From Desulfurococcaceae archaeon (GTDB taxonomy: Archaea; Thermoproteota; Thermoprotei_A; Sulfolobales; Desulfurococcaceae): a stretch of 64,000 bases of DNA. Position numbers and translations under genes: made by a program. Positions 10,232-20,320 of the stretch are shown here, one piece after another. The notes beneath the pieces were generated by a model. The model saw only the letters and a list, made by a program, of their open reading frames with translations, made no database searches and was not told where the DNA came from. The stretch spans positions 10,142-74,141 of the forward strand of contig JAWBAI010000007.1 of the NCBI GenBank assembly GCA_038816475.1, read 5' to 3'. Positions within the stretch are counted from its first letter, which is position 1. The number at the start of each line of letters is the position of its first letter.

Positions 10232-12175
10232 CTATCTGGGTAACACGATAATAGTAGACCTCGTAGCTCTAAACGGTGCGTACTCACGTCCTGATCCGTC
10301 GTAAAACTTCGTTAAGAATTCTAGCATGCAGAGTCTAAGCGAGTGAACAAATGCTCCTAGCTGTGCAAGCACCAATACAAATAAGTGTGCCAGTATGAGT
10401 AGCGGAGTAGCAACCATTAATCCCAGTATACGGAGATTCCCGAAGTATCCATACAGCATTTCTATCATGAAGTTGAATGCGAGCGCCATGTAGTAGGTTG
10501 CCATGCCTACACCTGCTAGTCGAACGTAGCTTAGTACGTCTCCCAGTAGGCCAGTTATCTGAAAGATCCACATGAGAAGACCCAACGCTTTCATGTTCAT
10601 TATGCTACCTGCAATAATCATTGAAACCCCCGCAGTCACACCTGGCCAGATTACTATCTCAGGCAGATCTCCTATAACGGGAACTCTGTACCCCAGGAGC
10701 TTCTCTAGTATTAGGGGTATACCGAACACCTCCGAGATGAGAAGCCCCAGCTCAACTAGAGAATCAGCTAGTTTTCTTTCACCAAGAAACCTCACTGTAG
10801 CCAATACATGAGCTATGTTCACATGAACTAAACCCACTATCAAAGATAGCTTTATGAACCCCAGTGGATCAACAACATCTTTAAATAGTACTGGTAGCTT
10901 TAGGTTAAAGAACCTGAGGAAGTCGCCGAATAGAGTTCCCGAAAGCAAACCAACAACGAGTGCTACAGTGTTCGAAACCAGTAAAACACCCTTGAACTCC
11001 CTGTAATAAGGTGAATGCGGATTTTCAGCAAGTTTATCGAGTACTACGAGTACAGCGAGCAGTCCTAATAGTGCGTAGCCTGCATCAGCGTTCATCAGCC
11101 CAAAGAAGAACGCAAACGAATAGGCTACAAGTGGTGTAGGATCCCACTCCCAATACCTTGGAACTCCATAGAGCCTGGTAATAACCTGGTAGAAGCTTAT
11201 AATAGGCTTGTTCTTCATGAGTGTTGGAGGATTATCGCCTGGCCCGGGGTCTCTAAGCTCTACGAACACTGGGAGATCCGTTTTACGAAGCTCCGATAGT
11301 AGAACGCTGGCTTTCTCAGAAGGGATCCAACCCTGGAGACTGGATAAATACCTGTACTCGCTTAACCTTGAGAAAACCATGTACCTGCTCAGTTCATTGT
11401 TTACGAAGAGCATGTATTTACCGAGTATTTCGAGGTTGGATCTCACGAGCTCAACTAATCTGAGCTCAAGATTGTTAAGCTCCTTAGCTACAACCTCCAG
11501 CTCAGCTTTTACTCGATCCTTAACACATTTAATATCCCTGCAACCCTGTAGCATTTGAACAATAACGTGTGGAAACCATCCATTAACAGACCTTAGTACC
11601 TCGATATAGTCCTCGAAATACTCACTGTCAATTACGGTGATAACAGCATCCAAGTCCTCGTTTACATTATAGACCTTGTAGAACTTAACGTAATCACGCA
11701 CTACTAAGCGGTCAACGTACTCTCTTCTGCAGACTGCAAGTAGCGAGGATATATGTTTCCCCCTGTAGTAGAGCATCTGAGGGTCAATGGTTTGTGGAAC
11801 CTTATCTAGTGTAGACCTTAGTAGCGTGAGATCATCATGCTTTCTCCTGAGTTCACCTATTTGGGATTCCAGAAGCTCTATTTTTGTTAGTAGATCTTTT
11901 ACGTCGTTCTCGATCTTCTCAATGGATAGTGCGAAAGCTTCAGCATCGTAGAGCTCTGCTTTCACAAGGGTTACTTTGGCTTTAGACAAAATGCTCATGA
12001 TCTGATCGCGTAGTTTCCTCAGGCGCTCGTACTCCTCGAGAATTCTCGTGGACTCAACCGGTTCTACGTCGACAACTCCTATGTTCTGAAGTACCGTGAG
12101 AACCTGACTACTGTAATCGTGAGGGCACGCCACGATAACTTTTTTCATGCTCGCGGGCTTGCTCAGGAGGATCAT
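10232..12175 (-). CDS. atpI: ATP synthase subunit I (a)
   Basis: PPTL, DPTP, LGDVLSYVRLAG (essential Arg), HSLRL..LEF..KFY.G.G. Confidence 0.96.
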   Translation of the reverse strand: MILLSKPASMKKVIVACPHDYSSQVLTVLQNIGVVDVEPVESTRILEEYERLRKLRDQIMSILSKAKVTLVKAELYDAEAFALSIEKIENDVKDLLTKIELLESQIGELRRKHDDLTLLRSTLDKVPQTIDPQMLYYRGKHISSLLAVCRREYVDRLVVRDYVKFYKVYNVNEDLDAVITVIDSEYFEDYIEVLRSVNGWFPHVIVQMLQGCRDIKCVKDRVKAELEVVAKELNNLELRLVELVRSNLEILGKYMLFVNNELSRYMVFSRLSEYRYLSSLQGWIPSEKASVLLSELRKTDLPVFVELRDPGPGDNPPTLMKNKPIISFYQVITRLYGVPRYWEWDPTPLVAYSFAFFFGLMNADAGYALLGLLAVLVVLDKLAENPHSPYYREFKGVLLVSNTVALVVGLLSGTLFGDFLRFFNLKLPVLFKDVVDPLGFIKLSLIVGLVHVNIAHVLATVRFLGERKLADSLVELGLLISEVFGIPLILEKLLGYRVPVIGDLPEIVIWPGVTAGVSMIIAGSIMNMKALGLLMWIFQITGLLGDVLSYVRLAGVGMATYYMALAFNFMIEMLYGYFGNLRILGLMVATPLLILAHLFVLVLAQLGAFVHSLRLCMLEFLTKFYDGSGREYAPFRATRSTIIVLPR

Positions 12176-12477
12176 TCTGTTCTCAGCCCTGCAACGTACT
12201 CTACTATTAGTCTCACGGCGTGCTCCATTCTCTGTTTAGCCTGAGACTTCAGCTCATCCGCTTTCTTCCTGGCATTCTCGATTATTCTCTCGGCTTCTCT
12301 CCTAGCTTCGTTGACAATGTTCTCGGCCTCTTTCTTGTACTCATCGATGGGTATGGGTTTTCTCAGTAGCTCCTCCGCGGTAGCTCGTGCCTTCTTCAGT
12401 ATTTCATCTCTCTCTGCAATAGCTCTAGATATTATGGCTTCTACACGCTTGTCAAGTTCTTCTAAACTACCACTCAT
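12172..12477 (-). CDS. ATP synthase subunit H/G (peripheral stalk)
   Basis: Charged coiled coil (EARREAERIIENARKKA) immediately before atpI. Confidence 0.8.
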   Translation of the reverse strand: MSGSLEELDKRVEAIISRAIAERDEILKKARATAEELLRKPIPIDEYKKEAENIVNEARREAERIIENARKKADELKSQAKQRMEHAVRLIVEYVAGLRTE

Positions 12478-12907
12478 TAGTAAGCCACCCAGATTCTCCT
12501 CCTATGATTCGTGGACTTAATAATATGGTGGTCGTAGTTCTAAGAATCCTTCTGAGTTCAAGCACTTGCGGTCTGTAAAGCACCAGGGGTTTTGACCAGG
12601 AATTCAGGTTCAAGACTTGAACAAGAGCTTTTATCGACGGTTCATCTTTAACCACGTACAGTCCTTCTCCTTCGGGAATGTACTCGATGACAATTGGTAG
12701 TTTAAGACTACAGTCTCCGTGAACAACGTTATTGAGTAGCTCAAGTTCTCGCGGATCAATCATGTGAACAGCTCCATCAAAAGTACGCACGTGGGGCACT
12801 TCCGATTTCATGAGCTCACATATAGATAGCCTCTCTCTGGGTGCATGTCTGTTCGCAATTCTCAGCTCCTCTCTTAGGAAGACCTCTAAGAAGTCAGCTT
12901 CACTCAA
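12467..12907 (-). CDS. DUF61 family protein
   Basis: N.HAP.ER.S..EL, P.V...DG..H, LKLPIVIE pattern; overlaps both neighbours. Confidence 0.75.
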   Translation of the reverse strand: MSEADFLEVFLREELRIANRHAPRERLSICELMKSEVPHVRTFDGAVHMIDPRELELLNNVVHGDCSLKLPIVIEYIPEGEGLYVVKDEPSIKALVQVLNLNSWSKPLVLYRPQVLELRRILRTTTTILLSPRIIGGESGWLTNEW

Positions 12908-13551
12908 GTGGACCCCCTGGACTCGAGAATATACTTGATACGCTTTAGCCTAGACTTTTCCTCTCTCTCCCTCTCATCGAACTTTAACTGAAGAGCTCTA
13001 ATAACGCTTCGGAGCCTTGGTATAATAATGTACTGAAGAGCGTTAGCCTTTCTCTTTGTAGCCACAAGCTCCCTGCCTATCTCTCTAAGAGCATACTCGG
13101 CTCTTGCAAGGGCTATGACAGCATCTACGAAGGCTCTACACTGATCCGTGAAGTCTTCTAAACCACTTGGAAGCATCTTGTCTGAGTACTTCAGTACTAC
13201 GCTTTTGACTTTAACACCCATAACGTTCTCTGTACCCACGTATACAGTGGGTTTCGGTGAAACTTCAGCAAGGTAATCCGATGCGGAAGGCCCGTACAAC
13301 CCTAGTACGCCCAGTGCTCTCTTGTAAACCAAAACTGAGCTCTCTTGAACTCTTCTTCTTAGTTCAACAGCTTCCCTTATTCTAGACATGTACTCGTTAG
13401 CCAGGACTACAAGTCTTTCAGTGAGTATTCTGTGTACTCTTACGCTCGTAATCAACCTTCTTCGAAGCCTTATAAGCTCTATCTTGGTTGGTCTAACTCT
13501 CGTAAGCATAGACATTGTTCTTCTCCTGAGCCTTAGGTAAGTACTTACCAA
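12904..13551 (-). CDS. atpD: ATP synthase subunit D (start probably ATG ~13513)
   Basis: RPTKIELIRLRRRL, TKRKANALQYIIIP, EREREE..RLKRIK. Confidence 0.95.
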   Translation of the reverse strand: MVSTYLRLRRRTMSMLTRVRPTKIELIRLRRRLITSVRVHRILTERLVVLANEYMSRIREAVELRRRVQESSVLVYKRALGVLGLYGPSASDYLAEVSPKPTVYVGTENVMGVKVKSVVLKYSDKMLPSGLEDFTDQCRAFVDAVIALARAEYALREIGRELVATKRKANALQYIIIPRLRSVIRALQLKFDEREREEKSRLKRIKYILESRGST

Positions 13552-13562
13552 AGGTAGAAACT

Positions 13563-13934
13563 CTAGTCAAGTTTAATCTTTTTCATGGTTGATGCGTCAA
13601 TAAGGCTGAAAATGTGTATGTTGAGTGTGTTTTCTCCTTTACCTACGTAGTAGAGCGCATATACTAAAGGTGCTTGGGAATCCTTCTCGTAGACACCAAC
13701 TACCATTAAGTTTGCGCACAAGGGTTCACTCGGTAGTAAACGACAACCATCATCCTTGAGTACGGATGCCTCTAATCCGTAAGGCTCTAGTACTTCGTTC
13801 AAAATGAGCGAAAACCTCTCGTTGAAGAAGTCAAGTACTATGTCCATGAGTTCCCTGAGAGCCCAGCCACTAGGACCCTCGATCACTAGTTTGAATTCGA
13901 GAAGTCTTCTTAGAACCTTAGGTTCCAAGCTCAT
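13563..13934 (-). CDS. Hypothetical protein
   Basis: 123-aa ORF with a 4-nt overlap to the NUDIX gene. Confidence 0.65.
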   Translation of the reverse strand: MSLEPKVLRRLLEFKLVIEGPSGWALRELMDIVLDFFNERFSLILNEVLEPYGLEASVLKDDGCRLLPSEPLCANLMVVGVYEKDSQAPLVYALYYVGKGENTLNIHIFSLIDASTMKKIKLD

Positions 13935-14497
13935 ACTAGACCAGCCTCCTTCATTGACTTGTAGAGCATTATTGCGAGAGCAGTCTTCATATCGGTCACT
14001 TGGTTGCTTAACACCATTCTATACGCATCTTCAATCTTCACCTGAAAAGGCTCTATTATTTCGTACCTCTCTGGTTTTGCTCCAACATACTCTAGGTCGT
14101 ATGCTACGTAGAAGTGTAGAACCTCACTACTATATCCAGGTGCTGGAGTGTACTTTCCAAGCTTCACAAGTTTACGCGGCTTGTAGCCGATTTCCTCTAC
14201 TAGTTCACGCACAGCCGCCTCATCCGGTGTTTCACCTTTATCCACAACACCAGCTGGAGCTTCAACTATGAAATCGTTGAACGGTGCTCTAAATTGCTTG
14301 ATCAGCACCAGGTAGTCGTCAATTACAGGTAGTACGACTACGGCTTCAGGGAACACCACTACATCGCGTTCGAAGATTCCTTTAGTACCAACGTATCTTC
14401 GTCTAGTAACGAGGAATCTTAACCCTTTGAACAGAACTCTTTCATCAATGAGACTTGGTGATTCCAAGATCTCGGACCCCAGAGCTATAAGTATCAA
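13931..14497 (-). CDS. NUDIX hydrolase (ADP-ribose pyrophosphatase-like)
   Basis: QFRAP, EAPAGVVDKGETPDEAAVRELVEEIGY Nudix box. Confidence 0.92.
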   Translation of the reverse strand: MILIALGSEILESPSLIDERVLFKGLRFLVTRRRYVGTKGIFERDVVVFPEAVVVLPVIDDYLVLIKQFRAPFNDFIVEAPAGVVDKGETPDEAAVRELVEEIGYKPRKLVKLGKYTPAPGYSSEVLHFYVAYDLEYVGAKPERYEIIEPFQVKIEDAYRMVLSNQVTDMKTALAIMLYKSMKEAGLV

Positions 14498-14526
14498 TCT
14501 TGAGAGAATAAATACGGAGAACGAGT

Positions 14527-15405
14527 ATGCCTAGGTACTGGTTTGGTCCAGCTGGAAAACCCATTACGCTCAAGTCAGCGGACATACTCAAAGCCCCTTC
14601 GTTTCTAAGAGAAATGGGTCTTAACGCAATGGAGTACGAAGCCGTAAGAGGAGTTAACATACGGGAGGATAAAGCTAAAGCCTTTGGACTAGAGGCTAGA
14701 GCCAATGGCGTAAAGCTGAGTCTTCATGCACCCTACTTCATAAACCTTGCTGGCAGAAAAGACGTGGTCGAAGCAAGTATTCGGAGACTCAATGAATCAG
14801 TTGAAGCAGCTAACTGGATGAATGCTTACGTTGTGGTATTTCATCCTGGATACTACAAGGATGCACCCAGCAGAAGGGATGCTTTGAGAAGAGTTATCGA
14901 GAACCTTAAACCAGTTGTAGAGCATAGAGTCCAGATAAACGCACGTGGTGTTTGGCTAGGTCCTGAGACCACGGGGAAAACTAGTCAAGTGGGCGAGTTG
15001 AAAGAGATCATAGAGATATCGAGGAGCCTTGATGGTGTTAGACCCGTTGTAGACTTCGCTCACATATACGCTAGGAGTGGTGGAAAGTACATAACCTCAA
15101 GAGATCACGTGTTAGAGGTTATAGATACCATTGAAAAAGAGCTTGGATCGTGGGCACTAAAGCCCCTTCATGTACACTTCTCCAAGATAGAGTACGGCAA
15201 GGGAGGTGAGAGAGAGCATCACACTCTCTCCGAGGAGGGCTATGGGCCTGACTTTGCGATCGTTTGCTCAGTGCTCTGCGAACACGGTGTAGACGCTGTC
15301 ATCATAAGCGAAAGTCCTGTGCTAGAGCAGGACGCTGTAGTCATGATGAAGATCTGCAAGGAAGTGTGCGGTGAAAACTGCATTGTTGAACAAGTTGCGG
15401 AGTAG
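14527..15405 (+). CDS. Endonuclease IV (AP endonuclease family 2)
   Basis: SLHAPYFINL, VFHPG, GPETTGK, DFAH, HVHFS, IISESP. Confidence 0.93.
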   Translation: MPRYWFGPAGKPITLKSADILKAPSFLREMGLNAMEYEAVRGVNIREDKAKAFGLEARANGVKLSLHAPYFINLAGRKDVVEASIRRLNESVEAANWMNAYVVVFHPGYYKDAPSRRDALRRVIENLKPVVEHRVQINARGVWLGPETTGKTSQVGELKEIIEISRSLDGVRPVVDFAHIYARSGGKYITSRDHVLEVIDTIEKELGSWALKPLHVHFSKIEYGKGGEREHHTLSEEGYGPDFAIVCSVLCEHGVDAVIISESPVLEQDAVVMMKICKEVCGENCIVEQVAE

Positions 15406-15955
15406 AGCAGAGAGATTTTTGCACAACGTTGTAAAACCGCTCTCTAAAACACATGTTACTCCTAACGCTCTTACAGCTACTTCCCTGGTTGTAGCTATTC
15501 TCGGTTATGCATTGGTAGTTTACACTGGATTAGGCACTCTACTAGCATTGGCAATTATGCTATCTGGTTTCATAGACGCTATTGATGGAGCAATGGCGAG
15601 ACTAACGGGGAAAGTAAGTAGAAAAGGCGCGTTTCTGGATTCGGTTGTGGACAGAGTCAGCGAGGCTGTGTTTGCTCTCGCCTTTGTTGAGCTGGGGTTT
15701 AATTCACACATTGTTCTCATCTACCTTGCATCTTCGATGATCGTGAGCTACATGAGAGCCAAGGGAGAGAGTCTGGGTCTTAGCTTATCCGGGGTAGGCT
15801 TGATGGAGAGAGCAGAAAGACTCATTGCACTAGCAGTAGTGGCTATTCTCGCTGATATAAACCACGTAGTAGCATTCGCGCTGTACATTGCTTTTACAGC
15901 AATGGTTGTTTACACAGCAGCTCGGAGGTTTGCGTATGCGTGGAAAACGCTTTGA
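15371..15955 (+). CDS. CDP-alcohol phosphatidyltransferase (archaetidylinositol phosphate synthase-like)
   Basis: TPNALT; DAIDGAMAR...GAFLDSVVDR signature. Confidence 0.92.
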   Translation: MKTALLNKLRSRAERFLHNVVKPLSKTHVTPNALTATSLVVAILGYALVVYTGLGTLLALAIMLSGFIDAIDGAMARLTGKVSRKGAFLDSVVDRVSEAVFALAFVELGFNSHIVLIYLASSMIVSYMRAKGESLGLSLSGVGLMERAERLIALAVVAILADINHVVAFALYIAFTAMVVYTAARRFAYAWKTL

Positions 15956-15976
15956 GAACACGGAGACATGAACTAT

Positions 15977-18007
15977 CTATGTTATAGCAGAGAGGTCGTA
16001 GTGACCAGCAAGCGGCAGGGGTGTTCTGAACGTCACGTAGCCTAGTCTTAGAACATGACTCTTCAGTACACCGACTCTATCGCTTGCTCTCGTGATGAAA
16101 TCCCTGTACTCAGCTGGTAAGTCCAGGGTTGATAAGTGTGTTTTATCTGTTCTTAGAACGATCTTGGTATTAGTTAGTTGGAGTATTATGTCGTGAACAT
16201 CCTTTGGACTATGCGTGCTGAACACTAAGCCTAGTTTTCTCGATCTACCTAATCTAGCGATTCGATCTATCATTCCAGATACGTGCTCCAGGTACTCTTC
16301 AACACCACTCCTGCTCGGGAAAAACCTGTGAGCCTCGTCTATGAAGATCAAGATGGGTTGAGTTTCGAACTTAAACCTGCTTTGAACAAGCTTCCATTCG
16401 AATACCTTGTTTAGTATTCGAAACGCTACTATGCTAATAGTCTTCTCGGGATCAGCCTGCGAATGTATCTGCAGAAACTCGAGGTCTACGACAACGGGGT
16501 AGCCGTTGAACTTTTCAAAGTGCTTTTCAAGAATGTAGTCTATGGGTGGTTCACGCAGGTATTTGTCACCATGCCCTTTCACGTATACATCGAAAATACC
16601 AGTATCCGTTATAGCAGCGATCTGTCGAATCATGTTCTCAAGAGTGCTCTTGTGAATAGCTAGATCTTTAATTACCTCTACAACGTACTCCTTGTTGGGG
16701 TCTAGGACAACCCCACGTGGTCTAGCTTTCTCCTCGATTCTGAATCTTGCTTCCTTTAGAGCCTCGTACAGGTCGTATATAGTTTCTATGTAGGCGTTTT
16801 TCTGCTTGAGCGCGTACGTCAACCTTAAAAGAGCATCCTTCGCTTGCCTAGTAAAGTAAGGGTTGAGTGCTACGAGCTCCTTTGGCTTGAAATCAGTGTA
16901 CCTCAGCGCGTAGGGAACTATGTAGTAATGAACAAGGTCCTTGCAGTAGCCGTAGTTAACTTCTACTGCGGCTTTCACAAACCTAAGAGTACTGTCTCCC
17001 ACAGGCTCCTCTACAACTTCGAGCTCGGATATCGTATAACTCCAGTTGAACTTTCTTGTGATCGGAGACAGTATGCTGTTTATGTAGTCCTCTGCAAGCA
17101 TCTTCAGTACACGAGCCCAGTTTTCGGCTTTCTCAACGTACTCTTCTACAACGGTTCTAGTAATGGGAAGCAGTACTATTAGACCCGATAACCCCGGAAT
17201 GCTACTGGCGATTTTCTCGGAGATCACGTACTCGTCGTCCCGCGTGAAACCGGATACTTTCCACAGTGGCTTAAGCGTCATGGTTACGTAGTCCTTGTTA
17301 GGATCAATTACTATTAACGAAACTCTCGCATCAACGAGCTTGTATCTGGCGATTATAGATGCGATCATGTTTTTAAGCAGAGTTGTTTTACCACTACCCG
17401 TTGTTCCAACCACTAGCACATGTTGGTAAAACGCTTTTAGTGGAAGAAAGAGTTGAGCGTTCCCTTCGAAGATGGGCGTATCGCCTACCGTTACATACCC
17501 GAGGAAAACCCCTTCGCTTGGTAATCCGAGAACACTCTGTATAGCACGAGGATCTCTTAGTATCACAACCGGGCTCTGAGGTTCAATAACGTAGTTTGCA
17601 GCTGTTACTTCACCGGTTTTAATGTTGAAGGCTAGTAGAGGTTTTGCTTTTATTCTAGTCTTGGTGAGTAGTCCTGAGACCTCGTTGTAGGGTAAAGGAG
17701 TGTACATGTCCGGGAGATCCAGCTCCGCTAGTATATCCCTGCGTTCAACGCTGATCACCTTTAGGCTTATCAGGCAGAGGGTTTTTATGTCTACAACACC
17801 GAGGTGCGAACCAGCCTGAGCCAGCGTTTGGAAGTTTGAAAAGTACACTACAGGATCTACATCGAAAACTACATACCCTCCTTCTTCGTTAATGAGCGAA
17901 GGACTGGTCCTGGAAACAAAACCCACTATTTCCCCAAGGGAAGCGGCAATTTCGAAGGCAGCCTTGGACTTGTCTTCGAGAGTTTTAAGTATGTCATTCG
18001 AGCTCAA
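15977..18007 (-). CDS. HerA/FtsK-family ATPase (HerA paralog)
   Basis: HVLVVGTTGSGKT Walker A, IFIDEAHRF Walker B, ARLGR, N-terminal HAS-barrel-like region. Confidence 0.9.
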   Translation of the reverse strand: MSSNDILKTLEDKSKAAFEIAASLGEIVGFVSRTSPSLINEEGGYVVFDVDPVVYFSNFQTLAQAGSHLGVVDIKTLCLISLKVISVERRDILAELDLPDMYTPLPYNEVSGLLTKTRIKAKPLLAFNIKTGEVTAANYVIEPQSPVVILRDPRAIQSVLGLPSEGVFLGYVTVGDTPIFEGNAQLFLPLKAFYQHVLVVGTTGSGKTTLLKNMIASIIARYKLVDARVSLIVIDPNKDYVTMTLKPLWKVSGFTRDDEYVISEKIASSIPGLSGLIVLLPITRTVVEEYVEKAENWARVLKMLAEDYINSILSPITRKFNWSYTISELEVVEEPVGDSTLRFVKAAVEVNYGYCKDLVHYYIVPYALRYTDFKPKELVALNPYFTRQAKDALLRLTYALKQKNAYIETIYDLYEALKEARFRIEEKARPRGVVLDPNKEYVVEVIKDLAIHKSTLENMIRQIAAITDTGIFDVYVKGHGDKYLREPPIDYILEKHFEKFNGYPVVVDLEFLQIHSQADPEKTISIVAFRILNKVFEWKLVQSRFKFETQPILIFIDEAHRFFPSRSGVEEYLEHVSGMIDRIARLGRSRKLGLVFSTHSPKDVHDIILQLTNTKIVLRTDKTHLSTLDLPAEYRDFITRASDRVGVLKSHVLRLGYVTFRTPLPLAGHYDLSAIT

Positions 18008-18035
18008 AGGATACTACCCCATAGTAGGAATTGTT

Positions 18036-19214
18036 CTAGAACACGCTAATATACTGCATAGTTGCTTCCTGAGTTAAACCCGTGAGGTAGAGAACATAGT
18101 TTGCTATGGAGCCAGAGAGCTTCTTTACCCTCTTATCGACAACGAGTATACTGAGAGGAATAACGGAGCCCGTGTAGATGCTATCGTATACGACGTAGCC
18201 TAGGACATTCTCCGTGTACATGTCATCGAATACTTCAACACGGTAGAAAACGTAGTTTCCAAATCCACCTCTAAGTGGGTATATTCTTCTTGATACACCT
18301 ATGTACCAGATTAACCTGTCAACCCCATACTCGTGCTTCTGTTTTACAACTAGTGGTCCAAGGAGCACGTGTTCTCCCTGTAGGTTTTTCTCGGAGATGA
18401 GGAGTGTACTGAGGTAGGCTTCATCGTTCATTTTACCACGTGAGATGCCAGCTGGATCTATCGAGGATAGAATGTAGCTTTTATGCAATCTCTTAACTAC
18501 CGAGATAACAACTACACCGTTCTTTGCAAGCTTCATCAACGTAAGTACTCTGCTTTTATTCATGTGCTCAATGCTCTTCACGTAGATTTTTCTCTCGTGA
18601 ACTGGAATGGCTGGTTCAGGTGATATCGATGTTGAGTACACTAAGGGACCATCAACAAGTAGTACTGTACCATTACTCGCCAGACTACTTCTGCTGAACT
18701 CTTCAAGTAAACATTGTTCTACGCTAAGCCTTAGTTCATTCAGTATAGCGAACTTGTTATAGTTACTTGTATAGGGAACTCCAAGAGGATTGCTGTGCAA
18801 AACGCCAGGTTGCGTTGCCAGCTCCTTAAGTATGTTGTCGAACTTTTCTACCTCGGGTACGATAACTACGTGCTTGCACAGAGGTTCTTCTAAACCCAGT
18901 ATTGACATCACGCTGGGTACATCAAATGCTCTACCTGTGAACCTGCTGAACAAGCTACCGGATGCTATGGCCATGAACAGGTAAGATGACTCAATAACCC
19001 TCGAGCTACTATCCAGCGCAAAGATGTCAACTTCTGGTTTTCTTGGTTCAACGTTGAGCTTCTTTAGAAAGGGTTTTTCAACAAGATCCACTTGCTTGGG
19101 GTGAGCCTCGTCCAAGAGTTCAATGAGATTCGCAGATGAATCCTCGCGTGTAATACGCGCACCTTCAGTTATGTTTTTCCGAAGCATATCAACTATATCG
19201 GAAAGGTATTTCAA
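18036..19214 (-). CDS. NurA-family nuclease
   Basis: FALDSS, LLVDGPL, SVVKR motifs; directly upstream of the HerA-like gene. Confidence 0.85.
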   Translation of the reverse strand: MKYLSDIVDMLRKNITEGARITREDSSANLIELLDEAHPKQVDLVEKPFLKKLNVEPRKPEVDIFALDSSSRVIESSYLFMAIASGSLFSRFTGRAFDVPSVMSILGLEEPLCKHVVIVPEVEKFDNILKELATQPGVLHSNPLGVPYTSNYNKFAILNELRLSVEQCLLEEFSRSSLASNGTVLLVDGPLVYSTSISPEPAIPVHERKIYVKSIEHMNKSRVLTLMKLAKNGVVVISVVKRLHKSYILSSIDPAGISRGKMNDEAYLSTLLISEKNLQGEHVLLGPLVVKQKHEYGVDRLIWYIGVSRRIYPLRGGFGNYVFYRVEVFDDMYTENVLGYVVYDSIYTGSVIPLSILVVDKRVKKLSGSIANYVLYLTGLTQEATMQYISVF

Positions 19215-19267
19215 CCTTCTTTCCCGTATTTAATGATACAGTTTAAAAGCAGAATATGTAAACCGTA

Positions 19268-20308
19268 TTGCTCTCGGCATCGGGTGCTTATATGTCTAGT
19301 AGAAAAAAAGTTTTAGTACTTGGAGACTGGGATTCTGATGGTGTTATTTCAACAGCGCTCATAGAGTACACTCAAAAGCATCTTAAAAAGTATCCGCTCG
19401 AGGAGGACGTAGAATTTCACAAGACACCCGTAGACCCTGACAGGGTAAAATACATTCTATCGCAGATTAAAGACAACTACTATGCAGTAGTGTTCCTTGA
19501 TGTACCGTACAGTGACACTCTTGGAAACATCGTAAAAATGCTTAAACTCCACTTCGGTGTTCAGCAGGTCATATTCGTCGACCACCACATAGCTAGTTTG
19601 CACAGGGTAAACGAGGTGAAAAGCAGCTTCGACGTAGCAGTAGTGGACTTCAGAAAACCAACAGCCGCCTTGCTCTACGATGAGCTCGTATCAAAGGGTA
19701 TAAGGGTTCACGATAAGCTTAAACTGTTTGTTGAAGTGATAAAGTACATGGACTCTGGGAAGAGAGTACCCAGTAATCTTCTCAAGTTGTTCGAAATGGC
19801 TAAGAACATTTCGAAAGCTCTTACAGCTATTAGAAATGAAGAACTGTGGTGTAGGATCGTGGAGTGGTTGGCCGATCCGTCTCCTTCGCCCATGCCCCTG
19901 GACGAGTCAGTATGGAGTATTGCAAAGAAAGTCGTGGAAGAGCGGGATAAGGAGATTAAAGATGTAGCAATGAACCTTGCAGTAAGTGCTGTTAAGGTCG
20001 GTGATCTAAGGTTTGTGGATGCTAGGTACACGTGGAAGAAAAGAGGTGTTACAGCACTAGCTTCTAGACTTTCGCTCATACTAAAAGCACCAGTAGCGCT
20101 TGTTGCGGGAACGAACAGGGAGTACGCATTGCTAATACTAAAAGTACCAAATGGTAGAGCGTACAGAATAGCAAAGTACCTCTTGGCAGAAGGCATAGCG
20201 CAGGATATAGCAGGACACCCCAATCTAGCGATCGTTAGAATCCCCAAGAACATTGATAAGAAAACCCTCATAGATGCTTTATACCAGGCTCTTTACTACG
20301 CTTCATGA
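19268..20308 (+). CDS. DHH-family phosphoesterase
   Basis: GDWDSDG, FLDVP, FVDHH, AGHP. Confidence 0.85.
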   Translation: MLSASGAYMSSRKKVLVLGDWDSDGVISTALIEYTQKHLKKYPLEEDVEFHKTPVDPDRVKYILSQIKDNYYAVVFLDVPYSDTLGNIVKMLKLHFGVQQVIFVDHHIASLHRVNEVKSSFDVAVVDFRKPTAALLYDELVSKGIRVHDKLKLFVEVIKYMDSGKRVPSNLLKLFEMAKNISKALTAIRNEELWCRIVEWLADPSPSPMPLDESVWSIAKKVVEERDKEIKDVAMNLAVSAVKVGDLRFVDARYTWKKRGVTALASRLSLILKAPVALVAGTNREYALLILKVPNGRAYRIAKYLLAEGIAQDIAGHPNLAIVRIPKNIDKKTLIDALYQALYYAS

Positions 20309-20320
20309 GGTTGCATATCA

